A stretch of DNA of 64,000 bases from an uncultured Actinomycetota bacterium (GCA_963770565.1 CAVYQE010000007.1:67979-131978); one strand, 5' to 3'; numbered from the stretch's first letter, positions 18,313-29,951 are shown. Notes: a model not told the origin generated them from the sequence alone. Translations and numbers: made by a program.

Positions 18313-19512
18313 ATGCGCTCACTGTCGGTCGGCCAGGCCAGACGGCTGGCGATCGATGCGCAGGGCCTGAGCGGCGCCCGTCCGACCGTCACGCCCGATC
18401 GCCGGCATCTGCGCCGAGTGCTCAAGCACACCGGCCTCCTGCAGATCGACAGTGTCAACGTGCTGGCGCGGGCCCACTACCTGCCGGCCTTCTCCCGGCT
18501 CGGCCCCTACGACCCGGCGCTGGTCGACCGGATGGCGTTCACCCACCGCGAGCTGTTCGAGTACTGGGGCCACGAGGCAGCCCTGCTCCCGGTCGAGCTG
18601 CACCCGCTGATGCGCTGGCGGATGGCGTACTGGGAGCGCCGGCTGACCAGCTGGGCCCGGTTGGCCAAGGTGGTCAAGGAGCGGCCCGGCTACGTGGAGT
18701 GGGTGTACGACGAGGTCGTCCAGCGCGGCCCGGTCTCGGCCGGCGAGGTCGCCGAGGACCAGAAGCGGGGCACCGAGGAGTGGGGCTGGAACTGGACGGA
18801 CGCGAAGACCGCGCTGGAATACCTGTTCTTCGTCGGCCGGGTCACCACCGCCGCCCGCCGCAACTTCGAGCGGCTCTACGACCTCCCGGAGCGGGTCCTG
18901 CCCGAGCGGATCCTCGCTCTGCCGACCCCCGACGAGCACGACGCGCAGCGCGAGCTGCTGCTGCTCGCGGCCCGGCTGCACGGCATCGGCACCCTCGGCG
19001 ACCTGGCCGACTACTTCCGGATCAAGAACCCGCAGGCCCGGCCGCGGGTCGCCGAGCTGGTCGAGGACGGCCGGCTAGAGGCGGTGGAGGTCCGCGGCTG
19101 GACCCAGCCGGCGTACACAGTGCCGGGCGCGATCGTGCCGCGGCGGAAGTCCGGCGGCTCGCTGCTGGTGCCGTTCGATCCGCTGATCTGGGAGCGCGAT
19201 CGCACCGAGCGGCTGTTCGGGTTCCGCTACCGGATCGAGATCTACGTGCCCGCTCACAAGCGGGTGCACGGCTACTACGTGTTGCCGTTCCTGCTTGGCG
19301 ACGCGCTGGTCGCGCGGGTCGACCTCAAGGCGGATCGTGCGGCCGGTGTGCTGCGGGTCCAGGCGGCCTGGCGCGAGCCGGAGGCGCCGGGTCACACCGC
19401 CGAGGCGCTCGCCACCGAGCTGTCGCTGGTCGCGCAGTGGCTGGGTCTCGACGGCATCGTGGTCGAGCCGCGTGGCGACCTGGCTGCCGACCTGGCCCGC
19501 GCTCTGGGCTAG
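18313..19512 (+). CDS. YcaQ/AlkZ-like winged-helix DNA crosslink repair glycosylase family
   Basis: LQIDSVNVLARAH, LFEYWGHEA, PFDPLIWERDR, YRIEIYVP, HGYYVLPFL. Confidence 0.88.
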   Translation: MRSLSVGQARRLAIDAQGLSGARPTVTPDRRHLRRVLKHTGLLQIDSVNVLARAHYLPAFSRLGPYDPALVDRMAFTHRELFEYWGHEAALLPVELHPLMRWRMAYWERRLTSWARLAKVVKERPGYVEWVYDEVVQRGPVSAGEVAEDQKRGTEEWGWNWTDAKTALEYLFFVGRVTTAARRNFERLYDLPERVLPERILALPTPDEHDAQRELLLLAARLHGIGTLGDLADYFRIKNPQARPRVAELVEDGRLEAVEVRGWTQPAYTVPGAIVPRRKSGGSLLVPFDPLIWERDRTERLFGFRYRIEIYVPAHKRVHGYYVLPFLLGDALVARVDLKADRAAGVLRVQAAWREPEAPGHTAEALATELSLVAQWLGLDGIVVEPRGDLAADLARALG

Positions 19513-19970
19513 CGGGCCGCGCGGATCTGGTTTCGGGACTGCTTGATCGCGGCCGCGAGCTCGTCCGGGTGACGGGTCGACACGACCCAGTACGGCACCG
19601 GATCGGGGTTGGCCAGGCGCAGCATCACCGAGGTGCCGATCCAGCCACGGACGACGGTGTGCGCCGCCGGGTCGGCCTGCGGCCCGAGCCGGAGCCTGGT
19701 CTCGGCCCGGTCGAGGGCGGAGACCGAGGTGACCTGCATGACCGGCAGCTCCTCGTCACCGGCGATCAGGACGCCGTCGCGAAGCTGGACCCGGGCCCGG
19801 CCGCTCAGCGCAAGCGGCACGATGAAGAACCCGATCATGAAGATCAGCACCGGGACGAGGACGACGTAGGAGAACCCCGAACCGACCTCGAGCGCGCCGA
19901 ACACGACGATGCAGACGACGACCGGCCACCACGTCCACGGCACCCGGAGGCGTTCGTCATGAGTCGGCAC
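19509..19970 (-). CDS. DUF3093 family membrane protein
   Basis: [10 protein letters not shown], two TMs, [13 protein letters not shown]. Divergent from dut. Confidence 0.85.
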   Translation of the reverse strand: MPTHDERLRVPWTWWPVVVCIVVFGALEVGSGFSYVVLVPVLIFMIGFFIVPLALSGRARVQLRDGVLIAGDEELPVMQVTSVSALDRAETRLRLGPQADPAAHTVVRGWIGTSVMLRLANPDPVPYWVVSTRHPDELAAAIKQSRNQIRAAR

Positions 19971-20020
19971 GGCGCCCAGGGTATGCAGTGACCTCGCGGG
20001 TCGGTATGGTGCCGCCGACG

Positions 20021-20530
20021 ATGAGCCCCGATTCAACGGCCGACCCGAGCAGCACCGTCACGGTGCTGCTCCGGCGGCTCGACCCCGACCTGCCGGCGCC
20101 GGCGTACGCGCACTCCGGCGACGCCGGCGCCGATCTCGTCAGCGCGGTCGACATCGAGCTCAAGCCGGGGGAGCGCGCGGTCGTGCCGACCGGTATGGCG
20201 ATCGCGCTGCCGGCCGGGTACGTCGGGTTCGTCCACCCCCGGTCGGGGCTGGCCGCCCGATCCGGGTTGGCCATGGTCAATGCCCCGGGCACGGTCGACG
20301 CCGGATATCGCGGTGAGCTCCGGGTGATCCTGATCAACCTCGATCCGTCGAACCCGATCCAGCTGCGGCGCGGCGATCGGATCGCCCAGCTGATCGTCCA
20401 ACGGGTCGAGCGGGCCGGCTTCGTCGAGGTCGACGAGCTGCCCGACTCGGCACGCGGGGACGGCGGGTTTGGTTCCACGGGCGGCTGGGCGGACCATGGA
20501 GCAGGGCTTGAGCGCTCGAGGAGGAGTTGA
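20021..20530 (+). CDS. dut: dUTP diphosphatase
   Basis: [36 protein letters not shown]. Confidence 0.96.
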   Translation: MSPDSTADPSSTVTVLLRRLDPDLPAPAYAHSGDAGADLVSAVDIELKPGERAVVPTGMAIALPAGYVGFVHPRSGLAARSGLAMVNAPGTVDAGYRGELRVILINLDPSNPIQLRRGDRIAQLIVQRVERAGFVEVDELPDSARGDGGFGSTGGWADHGAGLERSRRS

Positions 20531-21360
20531 CGGTGTTCCGACGGCGTCGCGCAGTCGAAGAGCCGCTGGATCCTGACGATCCGGACGGCATCGGCCAGTT
20601 CTTCGACGACGAACCGAACGGCGAGGACGACGTCGACGACGCGACCGGCCAGCCGGCCGACGACGCGGCTGCCGAGGAACCGCACGACGACGAGCCGGCC
20701 GGCGAACCCGAGCCGGCGGCGCCCTCGTCCGCGCCGTCCTACGCGGTTGAAGTCCCTGGCCACCCCCAGGGCCCTTGGGACTCCCACGACGTGCCGCACG
20801 ACGACCCGACGCCACGGGTCGATCTCGGTGGCCTGCTGGTGCCGATGCCCGACGGCATCGAGGTGCGGGTCGAGGTCCAGGACGAGACGCCGGTGGCCGC
20901 GACCCTGGTCGACGGCGCGAGCCAGCTTTCGGTGCACGCCTTTGCCGCGCCGAAGTCGAGCGGGCTGTGGGCCGAGGTGCGAGCCGAGATCGCCGAGTCG
21001 CTCACCGGAGCCGGGGGCTCGGCCCAGGATGCCGAGGGCCCGTTCGGCACCGAGCTGCGGGCCCGGATCCCGACCGAGAACGGAACCCAGCCGGCCCGGT
21101 TCATCGGCGTCGACGGCCCACGGTGGTTCCTGCGCGGTCTGTTGACCGGACCGGCGTCGACCGATCCCGCCCAGGCCAGCCGGCTCGAGGGCGCGTTCCG
21201 CGACATCATCGTCCAACGCGGCGGCGATGCCATGGCGCCGCGGGACCTGTTGCCGCTGCACCTGCCGCGCGAGGCGCGCGAGGTACTCGCGCCGCCACCC
21301 CCGCCCGATCGATCGCTGTCGCTGCCCGAACGCGGACCGGAGATCACGGAGCTGCGGTGA
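20527..21360 (+). CDS. DUF3710 family protein
   Basis: [38 protein letters not shown]. Confidence 0.88.
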   Translation: MTVFRRRRAVEEPLDPDDPDGIGQFFDDEPNGEDDVDDATGQPADDAAAEEPHDDEPAGEPEPAAPSSAPSYAVEVPGHPQGPWDSHDVPHDDPTPRVDLGGLLVPMPDGIEVRVEVQDETPVAATLVDGASQLSVHAFAAPKSSGLWAEVRAEIAESLTGAGGSAQDAEGPFGTELRARIPTENGTQPARFIGVDGPRWFLRGLLTGPASTDPAQASRLEGAFRDIIVQRGGDAMAPRDLLPLHLPREAREVLAPPPPPDRSLSLPERGPEITELR

Positions 21361-21370
21361 GCGGGTACCG

Positions 21371-21754
21371 ATGAGCAAAGCCGATGAGGGGGGCCGGCTG
21401 CGCCGAGCGGTGCGCCGGTTGGCGAGTGAGGATGCCGAGCTCGAGGCGGACGACCTACAGCGTCAGTCGGCGGAGGACGGCGCGACGACGGTTGCCCAGT
21501 GTCCCGACCGCGGGATCGTCACGGTCTTCGGCCGGGTGCGATCGCTGACCCTGCGGCCGCGAGCCGGCACGCCCTCGCTCGAGGTCGACCTGTACGACGG
21601 CAGCGGCACCGTGACGCTGGTGTGGCTCGGCCGGCGCGAGATCGCCGGCATCTCGGCGGGTCGCCAGATTCGCGCGACCGGCCGGATCACCTTGAGCGGA
21701 TCTCGTCGGGTGATCTTCAACCCGCGCTACGAGCTAATCCTCCGCGACGGCTGA
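21371..21754 (+). CDS. OB-fold nucleic acid-binding protein
   Basis: LYDGSGTVTLVWLGRREIAGI...IFNPRYEL. Confidence 0.85.
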   Translation: MSKADEGGRLRRAVRRLASEDAELEADDLQRQSAEDGATTVAQCPDRGIVTVFGRVRSLTLRPRAGTPSLEVDLYDGSGTVTLVWLGRREIAGISAGRQIRATGRITLSGSRRVIFNPRYELILRDG

Positions 21755-22453
21755 CTCGCGGTCGATCGGTTCGCCGATCTGGCTCGGAGCGGTCGGCTGG
21801 GTGGCCAGCACGTCGTGCAGGGCGTCCTCCTGGTCGGGTGCCGCGACGAACAGCAGCTCGTCACCGCCCTCGAGCGGGTCGTCGGGACTCGGCACCATGA
21901 CCCGGGCGTCCCGGAGGATCGCCACGAGTGCGACATCGGCCGGCCAGGCGATCGACCCGACTCGTTGGCCGGCGTGCTCGGTGTCCTGGGGCAGGGTGAC
22001 CTCGACCAGGTTGGCCTCGCCGTGCCGGAACGACAGCAGCCGCACCAGGTCGCCGACCGTCACGGCTTCCTCGACGAGGGCGGAGAGCAGCCGGGGCGTC
22101 GAGACCGAGACGTCGACGCCCCACGACTCGTTGAACAGCCACTCGTTGCTGGGATGGTTCACCCGGGCGACCACCCGCGGTACGCCGTACTCGGTCTTGG
22201 CCAGCAGCGATACGACCAGGTTGACCTTGTCGTCGCCGGTCGCCGCGATGACCACGGTGCAGTCCTGCAGCTGAGCCTTCTCGAGTGAGCTGATCTCGCA
22301 GGCATCCGCGAGCAGCCACTGCGCGCCTTCGACCGTGTCGGTCTTGAACGCCTTGGGCTCGCGTTCGATCAGGACGACGTCGTGGCCGTTGCCGATCAGC
22401 TCGCGGGCGATCGAGCGCCCGACGTTGCCGGCTCCGGCGATCGTGACCTTCAT
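21734..22453 (-). CDS. trkA: TrkA family potassium uptake protein (CeoC-like)
   Basis: GAGNVG, ATGDDKVN, RCK-C domain. Confidence 0.92.
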   Translation of the reverse strand: MKVTIAGAGNVGRSIARELIGNGHDVVLIEREPKAFKTDTVEGAQWLLADACEISSLEKAQLQDCTVVIAATGDDKVNLVVSLLAKTEYGVPRVVARVNHPSNEWLFNESWGVDVSVSTPRLLSALVEEAVTVGDLVRLLSFRHGEANLVEVTLPQDTEHAGQRVGSIAWPADVALVAILRDARVMVPSPDDPLEGGDELLFVAAPDQEDALHDVLATQPTAPSQIGEPIDRESAVAED

Positions 22454-23118
22454 CCGTGCTCACCCGGGGCCTCGGCAAGAACGCCTTCGACTCGCTCGAT
22501 CTCGCTGCGCAGCACGAGGACGTGCAGGAGGTCGCCGTCCTGGATCGCGGTCATCCGGGTCGGCAGGAGCGCCTCGCCGTACCGGGTCACGAACGCGACC
22601 CGCAGGCCCTCCGTGGCGTTCTGGACGTCGCCGACCGAATGGCCGACCCAGCCCTGGTGATAGGCCACCTCGGCCAGCGCAAGATGGCCGGTCGGGTCGG
22701 TCCACTCCGCGTGCGCGCCGTCGGGAACGAGCTGGCGCAGCATCGCGTCCGCGGTCCAGCGCACCGTTGCGACGGTGGGGATGCCAAGCCGGCTATAGAC
22801 CTCGGCCCGGCGCGGGTCGTAGATCCGGGCGACCACGTTGTCGATGCCGAACGTCTCCCGCGCCACTCGCGCCGAGATGATGTTGGAGTTGTCGCCGCTG
22901 GAGACCGCCGCGAACGCGGACGCCTCCTCGATGCCGGCTTCGATCAGGGTGTTGCGGTCGAACCCGACGCCGACCACCTGGCTCCCGGCGAAAGTCGGCG
23001 GCAGCCGCCGGAAAGCGGTCGCGTCCTGGTCGACGATGGCCACTGAGTGGCCCGCGGCTTCGAGGCTGTTGGCGAGGGTCGACCCGACTCGGCCGCAGCC
23101 CATGATCACGACGTGCAC
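22450..23118 (-). CDS. trkA: TrkA family potassium uptake protein (CeoB-like)
   Basis: GCGRVG, SSGDNSNI, VARIYDPRRA. Confidence 0.92.
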   Translation of the reverse strand: MHVVIMGCGRVGSTLANSLEAAGHSVAIVDQDATAFRRLPPTFAGSQVVGVGFDRNTLIEAGIEEASAFAAVSSGDNSNIISARVARETFGIDNVVARIYDPRRAEVYSRLGIPTVATVRWTADAMLRQLVPDGAHAEWTDPTGHLALAEVAYHQGWVGHSVGDVQNATEGLRVAFVTRYGEALLPTRMTAIQDGDLLHVLVLRSEIERVEGVLAEAPGEHG

Positions 23119-23162
23119 CGGCCTGACGCTACACGGAACCGGCGGGCCGTACGCTTGCCGTC

Positions 23163-25169
23163 GTGCGATCGCTGGGGGACTTGTCCAAGACAGTCTTCAT
23201 CGGGCGACCCCTGCGCAGTACCCAACTCGGCGAGACGCTGCTGCCGAAGCGGTTGGCATTGCCGGTGTTCGCCAGCGACGCGCTGTCCTCGGTCGCGTAT
23301 GCAACCGAGGAAATCCTGCTCGTGCTCTCCCTCGGCGGGCTGACCCTCATCCACTTCACCTGGTACGCCGCCGCCGGTGTCGCGTTCCTGATGCTCGTCG
23401 TGGTCGCGTCGTACCGGCAGAACGTCCACGCCTACCCCAGTGGTGGCGGCGACTACGAGGTCGCGACCACGAACCTCGGCAAGCGGGCCGGCCTGACCGT
23501 CGCAAGCGCGTTGATGGTCGACTACGTCCTTACCGTCGCGGTGTCGGTCAGCTCCGGGGTGGCGAACATCACGTCGGCGGTCACTTCCCTGCAGGGCCAC
23601 GCCGTCTTGCTGGCGGTGGCGGTCGTGTCGATCATCATGCTGCTCAACCTGCGCGGCGTGCGGGAGTCGGGGACCGCGTTCGCGATCCCGACGTACGCGT
23701 TTGTCGCCGGGGTCACTGCGCTGATCGCGGTGGCCGCATTCAAGCTCGGCGCCGGCCACCACCTCAGTGCCGAGAGCGCGCACTACCGGGTCGTCCGCGC
23801 TCGCAACTACTCCGGCCTGGCGCTGATCTTCCTACTGCTCCGTTCGTTCGCCTCCGGCTGTACGGCGCTGACCGGCGTCGAGGCGATCAGCAACGGCGTG
23901 CCGGCGTTCCAGAAGCCGAAGAGCAAGAACGCGGCGACCACGCTCGCGCTGCTCGGAGGCATCGCGGTCAGCATGTTCCTGGCGATCACGACCTTGGCGA
24001 TCGTGACCCATGTCCATGTCGCCGCGGCATCGACCAATCTGGTCGGACTACCGCACGGCCAGGCGCAGAAGACGGTCATCGCGCAGGTCGGCGCCGCGGT
24101 CTTCGGGAGTGGCTCGTTCGGCTTCTACTACCTGCAGACCATGACCGCGTTGATCCTGGTGCTTGCCGCCAACACCGCGTTCAACGGCTTTCCCGTGCTC
24201 GCCTCGATCCTCGCGCGCGACGGATACCTGCCGCGCCAGCTGCACACGCGCGGCGACCGGCTGGCGTTCAGCAACGGCATCCTGATCCTGGCCGGCTTCG
24301 CGATCCTGTTGATCGTGGCCTTCTCGGCCTCGCCGACCCGGCTGATCCAGCTCTACATCATCGGTGTGTTCGTGTCCTTCGTGAACAGCCAGATCGGCAT
24401 GATCCGGCACTGGAACCGCAACTTGCCGCTGACCGAGGATCCCGCCCGGCGGCGACAGATGAAGCGGTCCCGGGTGATCAACAGCATCGGCGCTGTCGTC
24501 ACCGCGCTCGTGCTCGCCATCATCTTGATCTCGAAGTTCACCCAGGGAGCGTGGATCGCGATCGTGGCGATGGTGGTGCTGTTCACGATGATGCGCGGCA
24601 TCCGTCACCACTACGACGTGGTGCAGGAAGAGCTCGCACCCGACGACGCCGACGACGTGCTGCCGTCGCGCGTGCACGCGGTCGTGCTGGTGTCGCGGGT
24701 GCACAAGGCGACCCTGCGCGCGGTGAACTACGCCCGGGCCACCCGCCCGTCGACGCTGGTCGCACTGACCGTCGACGTCGACCACATCGCGACCGAGGCG
24801 TTGAAGAGCGAGTGGGAACGCCGCGGAGTGCCGGTGCCGCTGCAGATCCTCGACTCGCCGTACCGCGAGATCACCCGGCCGATCGTCAAGTACATCAAGG
24901 AGATCAACCGCGAGAGCCCGCGCGACGTCGTCTCGGTCTTCATCCCCGAGTACGTCGTCGGGCAGTGGTGGGAGCAGTTGCTGCACAACCAGCACGCGCT
25001 ACGGTTGAAGGGCCGGTTGTTGTTCACCCGCGGTGTGATGGTGACCAGCGTTCCGTACCAGCTCGCCTCATCGGGCCGGGTGGTCGAACGAGCTAGACCG
25101 GTCGCCGGTGACGTCCGGCGCGCGGTCGAGGTCAAGGTCAAGCCGGCGGCGCCGCCACCTCCCCGGTGA
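23163..25169 (+). CDS. APC family permease (KimA-like K+/amino acid transporter)
   Basis: ASDALSSVAYA, GCTALTGVEAISNG, about 12 TMs, cytoplasmic C-domain with LLHNQ. Divergent from the trkA pair. Confidence 0.9.
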   Translation: MRSLGDLSKTVFIGRPLRSTQLGETLLPKRLALPVFASDALSSVAYATEEILLVLSLGGLTLIHFTWYAAAGVAFLMLVVVASYRQNVHAYPSGGGDYEVATTNLGKRAGLTVASALMVDYVLTVAVSVSSGVANITSAVTSLQGHAVLLAVAVVSIIMLLNLRGVRESGTAFAIPTYAFVAGVTALIAVAAFKLGAGHHLSAESAHYRVVRARNYSGLALIFLLLRSFASGCTALTGVEAISNGVPAFQKPKSKNAATTLALLGGIAVSMFLAITTLAIVTHVHVAAASTNLVGLPHGQAQKTVIAQVGAAVFGSGSFGFYYLQTMTALILVLAANTAFNGFPVLASILARDGYLPRQLHTRGDRLAFSNGILILAGFAILLIVAFSASPTRLIQLYIIGVFVSFVNSQIGMIRHWNRNLPLTEDPARRRQMKRSRVINSIGAVVTALVLAIILISKFTQGAWIAIVAMVVLFTMMRGIRHHYDVVQEELAPDDADDVLPSRVHAVVLVSRVHKATLRAVNYARATRPSTLVALTVDVDHIATEALKSEWERRGVPVPLQILDSPYREITRPIVKYIKEINRESPRDVVSVFIPEYVVGQWWEQLLHNQHALRLKGRLLFTRGVMVTSVPYQLASSGRVVERARPVAGDVRRAVEVKVKPAAPPPPR

Positions 25170-26272
25170 TCGTCGATGTCGGCGCGGTCGGCAACGGCGG
25201 GATCTGTATCGCGCACGCGCCCGACGGCCGAGCCGTCTTCGTCCGCCATGCGCTGCCGGGCGAGCGGGTGCGGCTCGAGATCACTGAGGAGCGGTCGTCG
25301 TACCTGCGTGCGGATGCGGTCGAGGTGCTGACCGCGTCGCCGCACCGGGTGGTGCCGCCGTGCCGGTGGGCCGGTCCGGGGCGTTGCGGCGGATGCGACT
25401 GGCAGCACGTGGCACTCGACGAACAGCGCCGGTTGAAGGCGAGCGTGGTGGCCGACCAGCTTCGGCGAATCGCCAAGCTCGACGTCGATGTCGAGGTCGA
25501 AGCGGTGCCCGGCGATGTCGACGGCCTGCACTGGCGGACCCGGGTCCGGCTTGCGGTCGACGAGAACGGGGTCGCGGGCCTGCGGCGGCATCGCTCGCAT
25601 GTCGTCGAGCCGATCGACGACTGCCTCCTGGCTCATCCGGACCTGCCGGTCGCCTCGGTCCTGGCGCAGCGCTGGCCGGACACCGACGGGGTCGACCTGG
25701 TCGTCTCGGACGTCGAGCACGCCATGGGCCGGGACTGGCAGGTGCCGCCCGGTGGCTTCTGGCAGGTCCATCCGGGCGCGGCGGAGACGCTGGCCCGCGC
25801 GGTCATCGATGATGCCGAGGTGACCCGTTCCGATCACTGCCTCGACCTCTACAGCGGGGTCGGCCTGTTTGCCGGCTCGCTCGCGCCGCTCGCCGTCGAG
25901 GGCGAGGTGATCGCGATCGAGAGCGATCGGTCCGCGTCGGCCGCGGCCCGGGCAAATCTCGCCGATCTACCGAACCTGACGGTAGTGGCGTCTCGGGTCG
26001 ACCGCTGGCTGGCGCGGACCAGACCGAGTGCCGACGTGGTCGTGCTCGACCCGCCGCGCAAGGGCGCCGGCCATGGGGTGGTCGACGGCATCGCGGCGAC
26101 GTCGCCGCGACGGGTGGTGTACGTCGCGTGCGAGCCGTCCTCGCTGGCGCGCGACCTCGCCCGGTTCGCCGAGCACGGCTATCGGCTCGACCGGCTGCGC
26201 GCATTCGACCTGTTCCCGATGACGGCGCACGTCGAGTGCGTCGCCTCACTGGCTCGTGCGGACGCGGCCTGA
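25166..26272 (+). CDS. TRAM-domain SAM-dependent RNA (uracil-5) methyltransferase
   Basis: C...CGGC, FWQVH, DLYSGVG, DPPRKG, YVAC, FDLFPMTAHVE. Confidence 0.9.
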   Translation: MIVDVGAVGNGGICIAHAPDGRAVFVRHALPGERVRLEITEERSSYLRADAVEVLTASPHRVVPPCRWAGPGRCGGCDWQHVALDEQRRLKASVVADQLRRIAKLDVDVEVEAVPGDVDGLHWRTRVRLAVDENGVAGLRRHRSHVVEPIDDCLLAHPDLPVASVLAQRWPDTDGVDLVVSDVEHAMGRDWQVPPGGFWQVHPGAAETLARAVIDDAEVTRSDHCLDLYSGVGLFAGSLAPLAVEGEVIAIESDRSASAAARANLADLPNLTVVASRVDRWLARTRPSADVVVLDPPRKGAGHGVVDGIAATSPRRVVYVACEPSSLARDLARFAEHGYRLDRLRAFDLFPMTAHVECVASLARADAA

Positions 26273-26634
26273 TGGCGACTCCGAGCGGCTGGCCGGCCGA
26301 GGTCCCCGATCCGGCCGTCGAAGGGTGGGAGCGGCATGCAACGGCGTGGCTGTTCGACCAGTGCCCGCCGGACTACCGGGCGTACGACGTGTTCCGTCGC
26401 CACCCGATCGTGCTCGCCCACGTCGCCAAGGCGTCGCTTGCCGCCGCGGTCGAGGCGGCCGAGTCCGGCGTACGGCTGGTTCGTCACGACCTGCGCAACG
26501 TGGTGCAGCCGGAGACGATCGAGGAAGCGGTTGCGGCGTACGAGCACGAGCGACACCGGTTGCGCGCGGCCGGCGCGGCGGCCGAGCTGATCTGGCGCGC
26601 CCTGCGCGGCGAACGCTGGTCACCCCAGCTGTAA
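26272..26634 (+). CDS. Conserved hypothetical protein
   Basis: ATG overlaps the upstream stop. WLFDQCPPDYR...RRHPIVLA. Confidence 0.7.
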   Translation: MATPSGWPAEVPDPAVEGWERHATAWLFDQCPPDYRAYDVFRRHPIVLAHVAKASLAAAVEAAESGVRLVRHDLRNVVQPETIEEAVAAYEHERHRLRAAGAAAELIWRALRGERWSPQL

Positions 26635-26691
26635 TTTGCGCTTGCCGATCGACGTGACCGTCTGTCGGCGCTTGGCGGTACGGTCGCGGGC

Positions 26692-27192
26692 ATGCAAAGG
26701 GTTCCCCCGTTCGGCGATGAGAAGGAGTCGTTGTCCGTCGCGCTCGATCGGCATCGCGACGTCATCCGCTGGAAGCTCCAGGGCCTCGACGACGAGCAGG
26801 TGCGCCGCCCGATGACGCCATCCGGGACCAGCATGCTCGGGCTGGTGAAGCACTTGGCGGCGGTCGAGTACGGCTGGTTCTGCGAGACCTTCGGGAGGGA
26901 GGTGCCGAAGTTCAGCTTCGACGTCGACGCCGACCCGGACTCTGACATGCGGGCCGAGCCGGACGAGACCACCGAGTCGATCCTGACCTTCTACCGCGAC
27001 GCGTGCGCCGCGGCGGACGAGGTGATCGCTGCGGAGCCGCTCGACGCCGTGGGAACGTCCTGGGCGGGCGAGCAGGTCTCGATGCGCTGGGTGCTCATCC
27101 ACATGGTCGAGGAGACCGCCCGCCATGCCGGTCACATGGACATCCTGCGCGAGCTGATCGACGGCGCCACCGGGGACCACAACCGAGGGTGA
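26692..27192 (+). CDS. DinB/DUF664 family protein
   Basis: [36 protein letters not shown]. Confidence 0.9.
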   Translation: MQRVPPFGDEKESLSVALDRHRDVIRWKLQGLDDEQVRRPMTPSGTSMLGLVKHLAAVEYGWFCETFGREVPKFSFDVDADPDSDMRAEPDETTESILTFYRDACAAADEVIAAEPLDAVGTSWAGEQVSMRWVLIHMVEETARHAGHMDILRELIDGATGDHNRG

Positions 27193-27225
27193 GGGACGCG
27201 CGATTGCGGACAAAGCCGACAGACC

Positions 27226-27231
27226 TAGACT
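27226..27231 (+). promoter_or_regulatory. Putative -10 element of a leaderless dxs transcript
   Basis: TAGACT 7 nt upstream of the GTG, with no RBS. Confidence 0.5.
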
Positions 27232-27238
27232 GAGCGCC

Positions 27239-29138
27239 GTGACCGACCTGCTCCAGACGATCGATGGCCCTTCCGATCTCAAGCGGCTCGAGCCGGCGCA
27301 GCTGGCCGACCTCGCCCAGGAGATCCGGGACTTCCTGGTCGACGCGGTCGCCAAGACCGGTGGCCACCTCGGGCCCAACCTGGGCGTGGTCGAGCTCACG
27401 ATCGCACTGCACCGGGTCTTCGACTCGCCGCGTGACGCGATCGTCTGGGACACCGGCCACCAGTCCTACGTCCACAAGCTGCTGACCGGCCGGCGCGAGG
27501 CGTTCACGTCGCTTCGGCAGTCCGAGGGGCTGTCCGGCTACCCATCCCGGGCGGAGAGCGAGCACGACTGGGTCGAGAACTCGCACGCCTCGACCGCACT
27601 GTCGTACGCCGACGGGCTCGCGAAGGCGTTCGCCGTCCTCGACCAGACCGACCGCGCGGTCGTCGCCGTCGTCGGCGACGGGTCGCTGACCGGTGGGATG
27701 TCCTGGGAGGCGCTCAACACGATCGCGGCCAACCCGCAGCGCCCGGTCATCATCGTCGTCAACGACAACGGCCGCTCCTACGCGCCGACCGTCGGCGGTC
27801 TCGCGGCGCATCTCGCGACCCTGCGGCTTTCCCCGTCGTACGAGCAGATGCTCGAGATGGTGAAGACGTCGCTGGCCCGCACTCCGGTCGTCGGTGCACC
27901 GATCTACGAGGCCCTGCACGGCATGAAGAAGGGCCTGAAGGACCTGATCCAGCCGCAGGCGATGTTCGAGGACCTGGGCCTGAAGTACGTCGGACCGATC
28001 GACGGGCACGACACCGCGGCGGTCGAGCGAGCGCTGCGCAACGCCCGCGACTTCGGCGCGCCGGTCATCGTCCACTGCCTGACCGAAAAGGGCCGCGGCT
28101 ACCCGCCGGCAGTCGAGGACGAGGCGGACCAGTTCCACGCCGTCAGCGTCATCGACCCGCTCACCGGCCGGCCGGTCAACCGATCCGGCCCGACCTGGAC
28201 GGACGTCTTCGCCGACCAGATGCTCGCGCTGGGGCACGAGCGCGACGACGTCGTCGGCGTGACCGCGGCGATGTTGCGCCCGGTCGGTCTCTACCGGTTC
28301 GCCGAGCGCTTCCCGGACCGGGTCTTCGACGTCGGCATCGCCGAACAGCACGCGGTCACCTCCGCGGCCGGCATGGCGATGGGCGGGCTGCATCCGGTCG
28401 TCTGCATCTACGCGACCTTCCTCAACCGCGCGTTCGACCAGGTCCTGATGGACGTCGGGCTGCACAAGCTGCCGGTCACCTTCGTCCTCGACCGGGCGGG
28501 TGTCACCGGCGAGGACGGCGCGTCGCACAACGGGATGTGGGACATGGCGCTGCTCGGTATCGTGCCGGGCATTCGGGTCGCCGCGCCCCGCGATGCGACC
28601 CGGCTGGCGGAGCTGCTCCGCGAAGCGGTCGACGACGACTCCGGCCCGACCGCGTTGCGCTTCCCGAAGGCGACCGTAGGCCCGGACGTCGTGACGGTGG
28701 ACCGGGTCGGCGAGATGGACCTGCTGAGGCGCGACCCGGACAGCCAAGTGCTGATCGTGTCGGTCGGCGCCCTCGCGCCGTTGTGCCTGGACGTGGCCGA
28801 ACGTGTTGCGGCACAAGGGGTCGGGGTCACCGTGGTCGACCCGCGCTGGGTGCTTCCGGTCGATCCCGGACTGCCCGCATTGTGCTCCGCGCACGAGCTG
28901 GTCGTCGTGATCGAGGACGGTGTCGTTGCCGGCGGGATCGGCTCGGCGGTGTCGTCGGCGCTGCGCGTCGCGCGGCATCACGATGCCGGTGCGCGACATC
29001 GCGCTGCCGCATGAGTTCCTCGGGCACGGTCGCCGGGCGGACGTGCTCACCGGCGCCGGGTTGTCCGCGCAGGAGATCGCCCGCGAGGTCGTCGAGGCGG
29101 CCGCCAAGGTCGCGGTCGACCCGGTGGCGCAACGCTGA
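27239..29138 (+). CDS. dxs: 1-deoxy-D-xylulose-5-phosphate synthase; apparent +1 frameshift near 28965
   Basis: [27 protein letters not shown]...[13 protein letters not shown]. The C-terminus ([13 protein letters not shown]...GLS) continues in the next frame. Confidence 0.93.
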
Positions 29139-29146
29139 ACAAGGTC

Positions 29147-29940
29147 GTGGCCGTGCTCGCCCTGGCCACGTCGGTCGGACTCGCGAGCTCCGGCCCGATC
29201 GTCCTGGCACACGCGGCGACGCATCATTCGACGACGCCGACGTCGTACCACTTCAACGGCACGCCGACGGTCGGCGCGTTGTTCGTCCCCGGCGCCTATC
29301 CGGCCTCGCTCCACACCTGCACGGCCAGCGTGATCCGCAGCACCAGCCGCGACCTGATCATGACCGCGGCGCACTGCGTGACTGGCACCGGTCGCGGGTA
29401 CGTGTTCGTGCCGGGATACCGCAACGGCAAGGCACCGTACGGCGTCTGGCACGTGGTGGCCGCCTACGGCAGCCCGCAGTGGGTGCACCATCCACACCAC
29501 CAGGACACCCAACGCGACTGGGCATTCCTGCGGGTCGCCAACAAGACCGAAGCGGCAGAGTCGTGCATCTGCAGGACGTCGTGGGCGGCAACCGGCTCGG
29601 CGCCGCTGCCACTGCGGGCACGGCGATCCGGGTGCCCGCCTACCCGGTCGGCCGGAGCGACCGGCCGATCAACTGCCTCACGCGTGCCTACCGGCACGGC
29701 GGCTATCCGGCGTTTCACTGCACCGGCTATGTCGGCGGCACGAGTGGCGCACCATGGTTGGCCGGGCGTGGTCGGCATCGGATCGTGATCGGAGTGATCG
29801 GGGGGTTGCACCAGGGCGGATGTACGCCGGCAACGTCGTACTCGGCGCGGCTCGGCAAGCCGGCACATACCGCCTTCGAGCGGGCCGAGCATCATCGGCG
29901 CGCTGACACCTTCCCGCCACCACAAGGAGATGGCTGCTGA
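29147..29940 (+). CDS. Secreted trypsin-like serine protease; apparent frameshift near 29552
   Basis: Signal peptide, TAAHC and DWAFL in one frame, GGTSGAPW in the shifted frame. Confidence 0.8.
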
Positions 29941-29951
29941 TGCCTAACGTC

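Noticed and set aside
22838-29512. Very long alternative-frame and antisense ORFs (e.g. 22838-25096, 27095-29512; also 4180-6312, 10974-13169, 36641-37564)
   Set aside because: These are Arg/Pro/Gly-rich shadow ORFs expected in ~70% GC DNA, and they overlap genes with clear family motifs.
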